64,000 bases of DNA from Candidatus Caldarchaeum sp. (GCA_038896555.1 JAWACZ010000004.1:4792-68791), one strand, 5' to 3'. Positions 18,835 to 28,083 are shown, counted from the first letter of the stretch. Made by a program: numbers and translations. Notes: generated by a model from the letters alone, not told the origin.

Positions 18835-19429
18835 CTTTGGAGAACCTCTTGTCCACATCGTCCCAGTTCACAACGTTCCACCAGTTGTCCACGTAGGCCG
18901 CTCTGTCGTTCTTATACTGGAGATAATACGCGTGCTCCCAAACGTCCAGGGTTAGAAGCAGAGGGAGGTCTGGCGGATGCATGAAGTTCTGTTTCTCAAC
19001 CTGGTAGATGACCAGGGTTTCGGACTCTGCGTCATAGGTTAGCACAGCCCAGCCGACGGCCTCCACGTTCTTGGCGGCGTCGGAATACTGCTTCTTGAAA
19101 GATTCAAAGTTGCCGAAGTCTTTGTTTATCTGGTCCGCTATGCTTCCGCCGGGTTTTCCACCGCCCTTCCCAGCGGGTGCCATGTTGGGCCAGAAGACCG
19201 CGTGAAGCTTGTGTCCGCTCAGGTTGAAGCTTAAGTCGCGGAGGATGCCTCTTATGTTTTCAGGGTTTTCGCCTTTTCTATGTTTCTCAAGCCTCTCCAA
19301 AGCGGCGTTCGCACCGTTGACATAGGCTTGGTGATGTTTGGTATGGTGTAGCGTCATGATTTCCGCTGAAATGTAGGGTTCTAGAGCGTTGTATGCGTAG
19401 GGAAGCTGAGGAAGAACGTATTTCTTCAT
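18824..19429 (-). CDS. sod: Fe/Mn superoxide dismutase
   Basis: HHTKHHQAYV, DVWEHAYY. Confidence 0.97.
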   Translation of the reverse strand: MKKYVLPQLPYAYNALEPYISAEIMTLHHTKHHQAYVNGANAALERLEKHRKGENPENIRGILRDLSFNLSGHKLHAVFWPNMAPAGKGGGKPGGSIADQINKDFGNFESFKKQYSDAAKNVEAVGWAVLTYDAESETLVIYQVEKQNFMHPPDLPLLLTLDVWEHAYYLQYKNDRAAYVDNWWNVVNWDDVDKRFSKVRV

Positions 19430-19507
19430 GCATGAGGAACTTCAAAACGTTTATAAAAAATTATCGCACCAACCATACTAACAACAGCTATAAAAAGGGT
19501 TTATCTC

Positions 19508-20185
19508 ATGACTGCTTCAACCTCGGCTCAGAAAGGCTTGGATAAAACCGAGTTCGGAGAAGTAGTCAAAATTTTAAAGGCGCGATACATGTCGGGAGCT
19601 CGGCCTGAGCATGTTGCGGGCAGCGACCCTTTCAAAGTCCTTGTAGGCGCATTGCTATCCCATAGGACGCGTGACGAGATGACCGATATGGCTTACAACA
19701 AACTTTTCAGCCAGTTCAAAGACCCGCCCCAGCTTGCTAATGCTGACGTACGAGAGATAGCTCAGACGATAAAAGCGGTTGGCTTTTACAGGCAGAAAGC
19801 AAAACGAATCAAAAGGATAGCTCAAATTATCTATTGGGAAAGGAGTGGGAAGGTTCCAGAAGACCGTGAAGAGTTGATGAAGCTTCCCGGAGTTGGGCCT
19901 AAGACGGCCGACATAGTTCTGTCAGCCTGCTTCGGAAAACCCGAGGTTGCCGTTGACACCCATGTTAAAACAGTAGCGGTCAGGCTCGGCATCGCCTCGG
20001 AGAAATCAGGCTATGAAGAGATCAAAAGCAACGTAACGAAGCTAGCTCCAGCAGATGACCTATTTTTGATAAACCAGCTGTTTGTAAGGTTCGGGAGGGA
20101 GATATGCAGAAGACCTAAACCAAAATGTAATGTCTGCCCTATAACAGCATACTGCAGATTTTATCAGACAGGCTTCAAAGCTTGA
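19508..20185 (+). CDS. nth: Endonuclease III
   Basis: HhH LPGVGPKTA, VDTHV, C-x6-C-x2-C-x5-C. Confidence 0.93.
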   Translation: MTASTSAQKGLDKTEFGEVVKILKARYMSGARPEHVAGSDPFKVLVGALLSHRTRDEMTDMAYNKLFSQFKDPPQLANADVREIAQTIKAVGFYRQKAKRIKRIAQIIYWERSGKVPEDREELMKLPGVGPKTADIVLSACFGKPEVAVDTHVKTVAVRLGIASEKSGYEEIKSNVTKLAPADDLFLINQLFVRFGREICRRPKPKCNVCPITAYCRFYQTGFKA

Positions 20186-20633
20186 GCTCTTTGAGCTTGG
20201 CGAGCACTTCATCCGCATGGCCTTCTGCCGTAACTTTGTGGAAGGCAGCCCTTATGGTGCCTGAGCCGTCTATAATGAATGTTTTACGCAGGCATCTGCC
20301 TTTCTCAGGGCTGTAGGCGTTGAACAGACTCGCGACCCTGCCTTCCTTGTCAGACAAAAGCATGAAGTTTAAGCGGTGTCTTGATGCAAAACTTTTATGA
20401 GACTCGGCGTCGTCAACGCTCACCCCTACAACGTTGACGTTCATCTTCCTAAACTTTTCGAGAGAATCACGAAATCCACAAGCTTCAGCAGTGCAGCCGG
20501 GTGTGTCATCACGGGGATAAAAGTAGAGCACCAGGGCCTTATGGCCAGCCAGCAAATCCTTTAGACTGTGTTCCCTTCCCTCTGGGTCAGGCAGCGTGAA
20601 ATCCGGAGCCCTGTCGCCTAGCTCGGGCTTCAT
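20175..20633 (-). CDS. bcp: Peroxiredoxin Bcp
   Basis: FYPRDDTPGCTAEAC; start at ATG overlapping the upstream stop. Confidence 0.92.
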   Translation of the reverse strand: MKPELGDRAPDFTLPDPEGREHSLKDLLAGHKALVLYFYPRDDTPGCTAEACGFRDSLEKFRKMNVNVVGVSVDDAESHKSFASRHRLNFMLLSDKEGRVASLFNAYSPEKGRCLRKTFIIDGSGTIRAAFHKVTAEGHADEVLAKLKELKL

Positions 20634-20980
20634 CTCATGTTGAATGAATGGCCGCATCCGCAGGTAGAAGCGACGTTAGGGTTGTTGATGGCGAAACCAG
20701 ACCCCATCACATCTTCAACGTAGTCTATCTCCGACCCATCGAGGAACTGGGCGCTAAAAGAATCTACCACTATATTCACACCGTGGGCTTCGACAACGAC
20801 GTCGTCGTCGTAAACGTTTTCATCTAATGCCATACCATACCTGAAGCCTGCGCACCCTCCTCCAGTGACGTAAATCCTCAACGCAAGCTTGTCGTTCTGC
20901 TCCTCGGAAATGAGCTGAGCAATCTTCCTTGCCGCCCTCTCCGTAACTTTGAGGCTAAACGGCTCTAGTTTGGCTTCCAT
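20630..20980 (-). CDS. A-type Fe-S carrier (IscA/ErpA/HesB family)
   Basis: GGCAGFRY, NPN...CGCGHSF. Confidence 0.93.
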   Translation of the reverse strand: MEAKLEPFSLKVTERAARKIAQLISEEQNDKLALRIYVTGGGCAGFRYGMALDENVYDDDVVVEAHGVNIVVDSFSAQFLDGSEIDYVEDVMGSGFAINNPNVASTCGCGHSFNMR

Positions 20981-21082
20981 GTTAAGGACTAACGCAGGAT
21001 GGCTTTATTAAAACGTTTTGGTTGTACAAATTTAAATAATGTAAAAGACCCAAAGCTCTAGCAGACAGCAGAGGAAACAGGC

Positions 21083-21721
21083 TTGAAGATAGTAGCCGAG
21101 ACCAGCGAATCAATCACAATAGAGGTAAGCGAGATCCCTCACCATCTAGCGAACGCTATAAGGAGAACTATCATCAAAGAAGTCCCCACCATGGCTGTAG
21201 AGGAAGTTCTCATAATCGAGAATACGTCAAACATGCCAAACGAGCTATTGGCTCATCGCTTATCCCTCATACCTTTTATAACCGATTTGGATAACTACCG
21301 TTTACCCGAGGAATGTGATTGCCAAAGCAAGCTTGGATGTGAGAGATGTGTGGTTAGGTTTACGCTTAGAGCTGAGGCCAGCGAAACACCCATAACGCTT
21401 TATTCACGCGACATAACTCCGGAGAAACGGGAGGGGGTTGTAGCCCCGTTTAACGGCGACATACCCATAGTCTCTCTAGCAACTGGACAGAGGGTGGAGC
21501 TTGAGCTCTACGTAAGGCTTGGAAAGGGACGGAAACACTCGAAATGGACGCCTGGAATAGCCACACTTTATGAGGAAAACGGAAAAAAATACATGTACGT
21601 CGAAAGCTACGGCTTCCTACCACCTAGAAGAATCGTGGAGGAGGCGAAGAAGATAATAAGGGTAAAAGTAGCAATGCTCGAGAAAGCCTTCAAGGAGGTT
21701 GTCGGCGGTGAATGGAACTAA
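21083..21721 (+). CDS. rpoD: RNA polymerase subunit D (Rpo3)
   Basis: ANAIRR...EVPTMAV, LAHRLSLIP, Cys cluster, HSKW. Confidence 0.93.
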   Translation: MKIVAETSESITIEVSEIPHHLANAIRRTIIKEVPTMAVEEVLIIENTSNMPNELLAHRLSLIPFITDLDNYRLPEECDCQSKLGCERCVVRFTLRAEASETPITLYSRDITPEKREGVVAPFNGDIPIVSLATGQRVELELYVRLGKGRKHSKWTPGIATLYEENGKKYMYVESYGFLPPRRIVEEAKKIIRVKVAMLEKAFKEVVGGEWN

Positions 21722-22043
21722 AAGGTTTGAAACCACTGTGAGAAAGCTTGCGGCAAAATCACGTTTCAGAGAAAGGCTCCTCAAGGAATTAAAGAGAAGC
21801 AGAGGGATGATGAGGGAAGTTAACCTGTCGCGTATACAACGTCATGCAAAGCAAAACGAGGTTGTCTTCGTCCCAGGAAAAGTTTTAGGACACGGCGTCT
21901 TAACTAAAAAACTGACTGTGGGAGCCTTCAGCTTTTCCCGGCCAGCTTTAAAGAAGATCATGGCCGCCGGCGGAAGGGCTCTACTTTTTGAGGATTTTCT
22001 CAAAGAGTTTAGTGACGGCTCAGGGGTGAGGATAATTGGCTGA
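21699..22043 (+). CDS. rpl18e: 50S ribosomal protein eL18
   Basis: EVNLSRI, VPGKVLG, FSFS..A..KI. Confidence 0.9.
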   Translation: MSAVNGTKRFETTVRKLAAKSRFRERLLKELKRSRGMMREVNLSRIQRHAKQNEVVFVPGKVLGHGVLTKKLTVGAFSFSRPALKKIMAAGGRALLFEDFLKEFSDGSGVRIIG

Positions 22044-22491
22044 GAAAACATATGTAGTGAACGCTGAAGGCTACAGGCTCGGCCGGCTCGCCTCTCACGT
22101 CGCAAAGCTTTTGCTCAAAGGCCATAGGGTGAAAATATACAACGCTGAGAAGGCGGTGATTACAGGCACGAAGTCCTCGATCCTAGAACATTACCTGATG
22201 CTGAGACAGAGACGCCAGCTTACCTCCCATAAGAAGATAACGGTATGGTATCCTACAAAGGCTGAGGCCATACTGAGGTATGCCGTGATAAGGATGCTGC
22301 CGAGGCGAAAGCCAAAGGGACTGGATGCGGCAAAAAGGCTTGAAGTTGTTAGGGGAGGGATGCAGCCCGCGGGGGAGGTGATAGAGTTCCAAGATGCTAA
22401 GCTGGGCAAGCCTGTAAGCAGGTCAGGCAAGTTCATAAGATACATTACACTGGAAGAGCTGTCTAATCTGTTGAGAGGTGGAAGGACGTGA
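22036..22491 (+). CDS. rpl13: 50S ribosomal protein uL13
   Basis: LGRLASHVAKLLL, NAEKAVITG. Confidence 0.92.
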   Translation: MAEKTYVVNAEGYRLGRLASHVAKLLLKGHRVKIYNAEKAVITGTKSSILEHYLMLRQRRQLTSHKKITVWYPTKAEAILRYAVIRMLPRRKPKGLDAAKRLEVVRGGMQPAGEVIEFQDAKLGKPVSRSGKFIRYITLEELSNLLRGGRT

Positions 22492-22883
22492 AAAAAGCTA
22501 CTCAACACTTTGTAGGCCGTCGCAAAACCTCGGTCGCGAAAGTATTCGTCAAACCAGGGAAAGGGAACATATTCGTAAACAAAACACCTTTGCATCTTTT
22601 CGGCGAGCTTTTTAAAAGCAAGATACTGACTCCGTTAAAACTTCTTCCCGAGTTCTGGAAAAGCCACGACTTCCACATAGACGTGAGAGGGGGCGGAATG
22701 TCTTCTTCAGCGGATGCTGCAGCAATAGCAATTTCAAAAGCAGCAGCTGCCCTGACACCCGAGGGAAGGAGTATCATCGCTGGCTACGATAGATATCTCC
22801 TGGTGGACGACCCACGTCAGGCAGAGCCTAAGAAACCTAACAGAAGAAGCGCCAGACGTTTCAAGCAGAAGAGCTACAGGTGA
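22488..22883 (+). CDS. rps9: 30S ribosomal protein uS9
   Basis: GRRKTS, VRGGG, C-terminal QKSYR. Confidence 0.94.
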   Translation: MKKATQHFVGRRKTSVAKVFVKPGKGNIFVNKTPLHLFGELFKSKILTPLKLLPEFWKSHDFHIDVRGGGMSSSADAAAIAISKAAAALTPEGRSIIAGYDRYLLVDDPRQAEPKKPNRRSARRFKQKSYR

Positions 22884-23116
22884 AACATTCTATGATGTTT
22901 CCGATAAGGTGCTTCAGCTGCGGCCGAGTCATAGCTCACAAATGGGATGAGTACAGGGCTCGAGTCCAGGCGGGAGAGCATCCCCGCGACGTGTTGGACA
23001 GCTTAGGTTTCAAAAGATACTGCTGCCGAAGAATGTTTATCTCAGCCGTAAACGTGATGGATGAGCTCTTGGAGTTTCAACAAAAATACACAGCTGCGGG
23101 AGCTGGACAGCGTTGA
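22880..23116 (+). CDS. rpoN: RNA polymerase subunit N (Rpo10)
   Basis: PIRCFSCG, RYCCRRM. Confidence 0.95.
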   Translation: MKHSMMFPIRCFSCGRVIAHKWDEYRARVQAGEHPRDVLDSLGFKRYCCRRMFISAVNVMDELLEFQQKYTAAGAGQR

Positions 23117-24357
23117 CGGCCTTTTACAAGATAACCGACGCTAAGGCTATGGTAGTTTTCGACAGCAGAGGCTCGGAAACGGTGGAGGTCGAGCTCTGGT
23201 CTGAAAAAATCTCCGCGAAGGCGTCAGCGCCCTCGGGCAAAAGCAGGGGAAGCAGAGAGGCTCTGCCGTTTCCGTCAAACGACGTCAAAAAATCATTAGA
23301 AGCCTTCACAAAAACATTGAAACATCGCCTAATAGGTTTTGACGCTGCGGACCAGGCGGGGATAGACTCGATGCTCAAGGAGGTCGACGGCACAGAAAAC
23401 TTTTCAAACATCGGGGGAAACCTAGCCTACGCCGTATCGGCGTGTGCTGCTGCTTTAACAGCACGTTTAAAGAATATGCCGTTATGGCGATACATCTCCG
23501 AGCTTTCAGGTATGAAGCCGGCGATTCCTCTCCCGCTTGGTAACGTGTTAGGAGGTGGAGCTCACGCTGGCGCAGGCTCGCCCGACATCCAGGAATTCTT
23601 GGTTTTTCCAGCCAAAGCACAGACCGTCGAAGAAGCTGTGAAAACTAACATCGAAGCCCATCGAAGGCTTGGAAACATTTTATTAAAAAAGGCCGGTAGA
23701 TACGGGGGAGGCAAGGGTGATGAGGGTGGTTATGCACCGCCCCTCGACGATGTTTCCGCCCTTGAGTCTGTCGTCGAAGCCTCGAAGGGGCTTTCGGTGG
23801 GGCTTGGTCTTGATGTTGCTGCCTCAAGCCTTTATGACACGTCTACAAAGCTGTATGTCTACAGAAACAAAGGTGAGAAAAGGACTGCTACGGAACAGAT
23901 GGACTACATAGCTGGTTTGGTGGAGCGTTATGGAATTACGTACGTTGAAGACCCGTTTGAGGAGTCCGATTTTGAATCTTTCACCCGTCTGTGTAAAACT
24001 TTCCCCAAGCTGTTGGTGAGCGGGGACGACCTTATTGTGACGAGGCCGGAGCTTGTGAGGAAGGCGGCTAAACTTGGTGCCGTGAGAGCCGTTATTCTCA
24101 AACCTAACCAAGTGGGCACCCTGTCCGATACGATAGAAGCGGCGGTAGAAGCCGAACGCCATGGAATCATACGTGTTGTGTCCCACAGGTCAGGTGAGAC
24201 ATGCGACGCATTTCTATCCCATCTGGCGGTTGGGTTGAGAAGCAAATTTATTAAGGCAGGAGTTGTTGGAGGTGAAAGGGTGGCGAAGGCCAATGAGATG
24301 CTTAGGATCTACCAAAACGACAAAGGTCTTCAACTGCAGGAGGTGGAGATGGATTGA
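23113..24357 (+). CDS. eno: Enolase
   Basis: DSRG, GDEGG, KPNQVGTL, SHRSGET. Confidence 0.95.
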   Translation: MTAFYKITDAKAMVVFDSRGSETVEVELWSEKISAKASAPSGKSRGSREALPFPSNDVKKSLEAFTKTLKHRLIGFDAADQAGIDSMLKEVDGTENFSNIGGNLAYAVSACAAALTARLKNMPLWRYISELSGMKPAIPLPLGNVLGGGAHAGAGSPDIQEFLVFPAKAQTVEEAVKTNIEAHRRLGNILLKKAGRYGGGKGDEGGYAPPLDDVSALESVVEASKGLSVGLGLDVAASSLYDTSTKLYVYRNKGEKRTATEQMDYIAGLVERYGITYVEDPFEESDFESFTRLCKTFPKLLVSGDDLIVTRPELVRKAAKLGAVRAVILKPNQVGTLSDTIEAAVEAERHGIIRVVSHRSGETCDAFLSHLAVGLRSKFIKAGVVGGERVAKANEMLRIYQNDKGLQLQEVEMD

Positions 24358-24980
24358 CTTTGACTGCTGAGCAGGAAGCGGAGATACTTGAACAGCTAGT
24401 GAAATATAATGTCCACGTCGGTTCTCGGATTAAGGTTAAGCACATGGAGCCGTTCATCTTCAGAATGCGCTACGACGGCGTATATCTTTTCGACGTCAAA
24501 AAAATACTGGAAAGGCTTAACCTTGCCGCACGCATAATATCCTACTATCCGCTGGATAAGGTGGTGGCTGTTTCGACACATGTTTTCGGAATGAAAGCTG
24601 TTCAAAAGTTCGCAGAGTTGACGGGGGCCGTTGCTATTGCAGGCAAGATGGCAGCCGGCATGTTTACCAACAGGACGTTGAAGAACTATATGGAGCCCGA
24701 CCTTGTTATAATCTCCGACCCAAGGTATGACATTCAAGCGCTTGATGAAGCTAGGATTGCGAGGATACCTGTCATAGCCATGTGCAGCACGGACAACATA
24801 TGCGCAAACGTTGATCTCGTTATTCCGATGAACAACAGAAGCAGGACATCCCTACCCTATGCCTTCTGGTACCTTACCAGAAAAGTTTTGGAGGAAAACA
24901 GGCAGCTATCCCCTGATTTTGACGCGTTAGTGAAACCGGAGGACTTTATGACGCTAGCGTCGTCCACTGAGCTTGAGTAG
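24354..24980 (+). CDS. rps2: 30S ribosomal protein uS2
   Basis: VHVG, EPDLVII.DP..D.QA, DLVIPMNN. Confidence 0.93.
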   Translation: MTLTAEQEAEILEQLVKYNVHVGSRIKVKHMEPFIFRMRYDGVYLFDVKKILERLNLAARIISYYPLDKVVAVSTHVFGMKAVQKFAELTGAVAIAGKMAAGMFTNRTLKNYMEPDLVIISDPRYDIQALDEARIARIPVIAMCSTDNICANVDLVIPMNNRSRTSLPYAFWYLTRKVLEENRQLSPDFDALVKPEDFMTLASSTELE

Positions 24981-27098
24981 TAAAGGCTGTAGAACGGTCT
25001 CCATGCAGCGGCGTAGGAAAGCGGCATAGAATTCTTCTTCATAACTTTGGTCGTTTAAAAGCTGTAGCGGTGTTGCGCTGTTATGTTTGACGACGTAGGC
25101 AACCTGCTGCCCTGGCGAAAGCTTTACGCCAGCCTGTCCTAGCTTTTTGGCCGCAGTCACATGCTTCAACCTTTTCGTGTAATGTTTCGGATACATGCCC
25201 AAGCTCTTGACGATCGTCAACAGCTCTTGCCCAACAGCACCCGAGTAAACTAGCTTAAGATACTCGTTGAATATTCCTAGACATTCTGATGCTTTGCGCT
25301 GGAGCTCTTCCGGCGACCTGGCCTCGGCCAGCTTTTCAAGAAGCTCCCTCTGCATCTGCTTGGCTAGAGGCGGAGTGTCCCTACGCCTCAGCTCGATTCC
25401 CCTGAATTTTAGACGGCCGTCGGTGTAGACGCCGAAATACCTGTTGTTGACAGGCCTTCCAGGATGCGTGCGTGAGGGAAGGAAGGCTATCCATCTATAG
25501 GTTCCCTCATAGCCTATCGGCAGGCCCAGCCTCTTCTCCAGCTCCTCTCCCAGCTTTCTGTAGTCCTCCTCACAAGCATCCCGCCCCCAGACCCAGAGGC
25601 AGTCTACGATGCCGTGCAACACTTTAAACCCTTTTTCCTCAGCTATTTTGACGCTTTTCAGCAAGGTGTCTCGGGCTAGGGCGCAGACAGCCATATGGGC
25701 CTCACGGCTTCCGAACTTAGCCTTCCTGTAGCCGAGGTAGCCGAAGGATGTGACGAGTATCCATTTGAGGGCGTCAGACCTAGCTTTGTAAATCTTTAAG
25801 CCCGTCTCCACGTAAAGCCTCTTGTACTCCAGCCTTCTCCTCAAAGGCGTTTCAACAGCCGAGGGCACTATTCCACGCCATCTTCTACATACGTGGTATC
25901 CCAGCTCGGGTATGTCGCTGCCTTCGCAGCACTTGCAGTTGACGGTCTCGCCGCTTATGTTGTGTTTGAGCATCAGCGTTGGGTAGAGGCTGTGGAAGTC
26001 AAGCTCGCCGACGTTCCAGTAAACACCCGGCCTGTGGTCGAGAATCCAACCGCCTCTGTCCGCTGTAACAAGCTCGGCGGCGGTCATGCACGTAGGCCTC
26101 CCCGGCTCGGAAGGTATGAGAACGTCGTTCAGGTAGGCTTGACGATACTGTAGAGAGGTCATGCACCTGCCTATCGTGTAGCGGGCCGCGTCTTGGACTG
26201 GCACGCTTACAACTCTCGCAACCTCCAGCACGCCTTCAAGCCCTGTCTCGCCGTAGAGCATGGAGTTGTCGGCGTCTATGTGAAGCCTGCCGTTGAGCTT
26301 GTATCCGCCAAACCTATGGTAAACCCTTCCATAGCTGATGTAGGAGAAGCCTTTCGAGGTTTTAACCCGGTCTTCTCCACGGCCTAGACGCAGCTTGACG
26401 TTGTTGGCTGAAGCTCTCTCCCGCAGGTATCGCATTAGAAAACCGTCTCCGCCGTGGGTGACAACAACGTCCACATCCCATTCGTCCAAGAGCTTCGTCA
26501 GGCTTTGGAGTATCTCATCCTCGCATCCGTCTAACACCGCCTCGTCCCCGTCCACCCTCACTCTCACAAGCCTAAGACCGTCGGAAAACCTGGGCAGAGG
26601 CCCTGAAGCCTCAGCCTCCACATCCAAAAACGCAACCCTGAGGAAGGATGTGTCGTAGAAAAGGTTGTTGACGTCTTCCGCTGGCTCTGGAATGTTGTCG
26701 TGGATTTTGACGTAGGCTGTGGGCGTCAAACCGTGTTCGTAGAGAAATTCTTGGAGCAGAGGTATGTCGGTGTTGTAGGTTTTTACGCCGAGGCAGCTCC
26801 ATCTCTCTGCGATGACGTTTGCAAGCCAGCGTTTCTCGGCGGGCGGTGTAAAAACCTCCAAAGCGTCGACTAAGCCGGCTTCGGGAACCCTCTTCACAAC
26901 AGGCCTGACCTCATACCTGTCGGAAAGCGTCCTCGCAACATCTCGGAGAACGGCCGAGGGCCCTGCAGCATACAGCCTCGCTCTCCAGCCAACAGCCCTT
27001 TTCACCACGCCGCATTTACCCCTCAGCCACAGGAAAACACCGTTACCGTTATCTAAACAAACATCAAGCAGCCAGCCTTCCACACATACTCCAGCCAA
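24954..27098 (-). CDS. polB2: Family B DNA polymerase, PolB2-type with degenerate motif C
   Basis: Motif A DFHSLYP, motif B KWILVTSFGY, motif C HGIVDC instead of YGDTDS; exact start uncertain. Confidence 0.85.
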   Translation of the reverse strand: MAGVCVEGWLLDVCLDNGNGVFLWLRGKCGVVKRAVGWRARLYAAGPSAVLRDVARTLSDRYEVRPVVKRVPEAGLVDALEVFTPPAEKRWLANVIAERWSCLGVKTYNTDIPLLQEFLYEHGLTPTAYVKIHDNIPEPAEDVNNLFYDTSFLRVAFLDVEAEASGPLPRFSDGLRLVRVRVDGDEAVLDGCEDEILQSLTKLLDEWDVDVVVTHGGDGFLMRYLRERASANNVKLRLGRGEDRVKTSKGFSYISYGRVYHRFGGYKLNGRLHIDADNSMLYGETGLEGVLEVARVVSVPVQDAARYTIGRCMTSLQYRQAYLNDVLIPSEPGRPTCMTAAELVTADRGGWILDHRPGVYWNVGELDFHSLYPTLMLKHNISGETVNCKCCEGSDIPELGYHVCRRWRGIVPSAVETPLRRRLEYKRLYVETGLKIYKARSDALKWILVTSFGYLGYRKAKFGSREAHMAVCALARDTLLKSVKIAEEKGFKVLHGIVDCLWVWGRDACEEDYRKLGEELEKRLGLPIGYEGTYRWIAFLPSRTHPGRPVNNRYFGVYTDGRLKFRGIELRRRDTPPLAKQMQRELLEKLAEARSPEELQRKASECLGIFNEYLKLVYSGAVGQELLTIVKSLGMYPKHYTKRLKHVTAAKKLGQAGVKLSPGQQVAYVVKHNSATPLQLLNDQSYEEEFYAAFLRRCMETVLQPLLLKLSGRR

Positions 27099-27137
27099 AA
27101 CCCGAATATATCATGAGAGAAGGCTGAAAATGCGAAC

Positions 27138-27241
27138 CGGGCCCGGTGGGACTTGAACCCACGACCTCCGGCTCCGGAGGCCGACGCTGCAGAGATATTA
27201 ACGAGATAATATCTTCTCTGTCCATTCTGAGCTACGGGCCC
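27138..27241 (-). tRNA. tRNA-Arg(CCG) with 29-nt intron at 24/25 (27187-27215)
   Basis: GGGCCCG/CGGGCCC acceptor, TCGGC-CT-CCG-GA-GCCGG; intron stem AGATATT/AATATCT in a relaxed BHB; 75-nt mature tRNA. Confidence 0.9.
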
Positions 27242-27261
27242 ATGAAGAACAACAGTTTCCC

Positions 27262-27269
27262 ATATATAT
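27262..27269 (-). promoter_or_regulatory. TATA-like box of tRNA-Arg(CCG)
   Basis: ATATATAT ending 20 nt before tRNA G1. Confidence 0.6.
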
Positions 27270-27272
27270 GTT

Positions 27273-27415
27273 TGGCTGGAGGCCCGTAGTTTGACAACGT
27301 CTAGGAAGCAGGATGAAAACCATGCATTGCCTTCGGAATCGCTGTAAAGCGTTCGCCGCGCTATTGCCCGGCCTTCATCCGGTTTTCCCCGCTGTCCATT
27401 CTGCGCCACGGGCCC
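27273..27415 (-). ncRNA. Putative rod-shaped ncRNA starting with a tRNA-Arg 5' exon (nt 1-24)
   Basis: First 26 nt match the neighbouring tRNA 5' exon at 23/26; nested helices with six G.U pairs that only work on the minus strand; own TATA-like box. Confidence 0.6.
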
Positions 27416-27435
27416 AACGCATAATTCGCACCGCC

Positions 27436-27443
27436 TTTTTAAA
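27436..27443 (-). promoter_or_regulatory. TATA-like box of the tRNA-fragment RNA
   Basis: TTTAAAAA ending 20 nt before GGGCCC at 27415, same spacing as the intact tRNA. Confidence 0.55.
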
Positions 27444-27519
27444 TCCTTTAGCAGCATGTCCGCATCTACACACAAAAATACAAAAATGTAGTCAAAAATT
27501 TTTATCAAAGCTAATTGAT

Positions 27520-28083
27520 ATGTATAGCATGACACAGATGTTGGTAAAAGGCAAGTGGGCTACAAGGTTTATAACCGCAGCAATTATCCAAGGAGCTTTG
27601 GCTACAGCTGTGACGTTGTTCTGGGTTGTTGGCCAGCTCGGCTTAATGAAGCCTGAGTTCAGCAGGGTCATCGCTTTCGGCAGCGCTGGAAACTGGTTTA
27701 CTGTCGGCTACACAACCTACCTAATCGTTGGGGTTATGGGCGTGGCCGTCACCGCCCTCTTCTACTACCACATCGAAAACGTTCTCGGGAAGACGTACAC
27801 TGGGATAGCAAGTAAGCTTGCTGGGCTTCACCTAATTTTGATGAACGTAGGAGTGGTGGGCGCGACCTGGCTTATGATGGTGGGAGGCTACTTGGCCGGC
27901 GCGGCGATGCTGCCTCCAGAGGTTGGCGGCAGAGGCTGGAACGCAGGACAGGTTCACACAAACATCTTCTACGGAATACCGCTGGGATATCCGACTTGGA
28001 TAGCCTTGTTCATCTTCGTGCTTGCAGCCGGAGTTGTACTAGGCGGCTTGGGTTACTTGATAACCTGGCGCCGAAAAGATTAA
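27520..28083 (+). CDS. Multi-pass membrane protein of unknown function
   Basis: About four hydrophobic segments; upstream extension of the ORF-track call overlaps the RNA element. Confidence 0.75.
   Translation: MYSMTQMLVKGKWATRFITAAIIQGALATAVTLFWVVGQLGLMKPEFSRVIAFGSAGNWFTVGYTTYLIVGVMGVAVTALFYYHIENVLGKTYTGIASKLAGLHLILMNVGVVGATWLMMVGGYLAGAAMLPPEVGGRGWNAGQVHTNIFYGIPLGYPTWIALFIFVLAAGVVLGGLGYLITWRRKD

Noticed and set aside
27273..27415. Rod RNA as SRP RNA, RNase P RNA or tmRNA
   Set aside because: Too short; no complete SRP helix-8 motif, RNase P conserved regions, T-arm or tag frame visible. An Rfam search is still needed
27053..27535. 160-aa minus ORF containing GPVAQNGQR twice
   Set aside because: The peptide repeat is just the translated duplicated tRNA 5' exon, and the ORF runs through a tRNA gene
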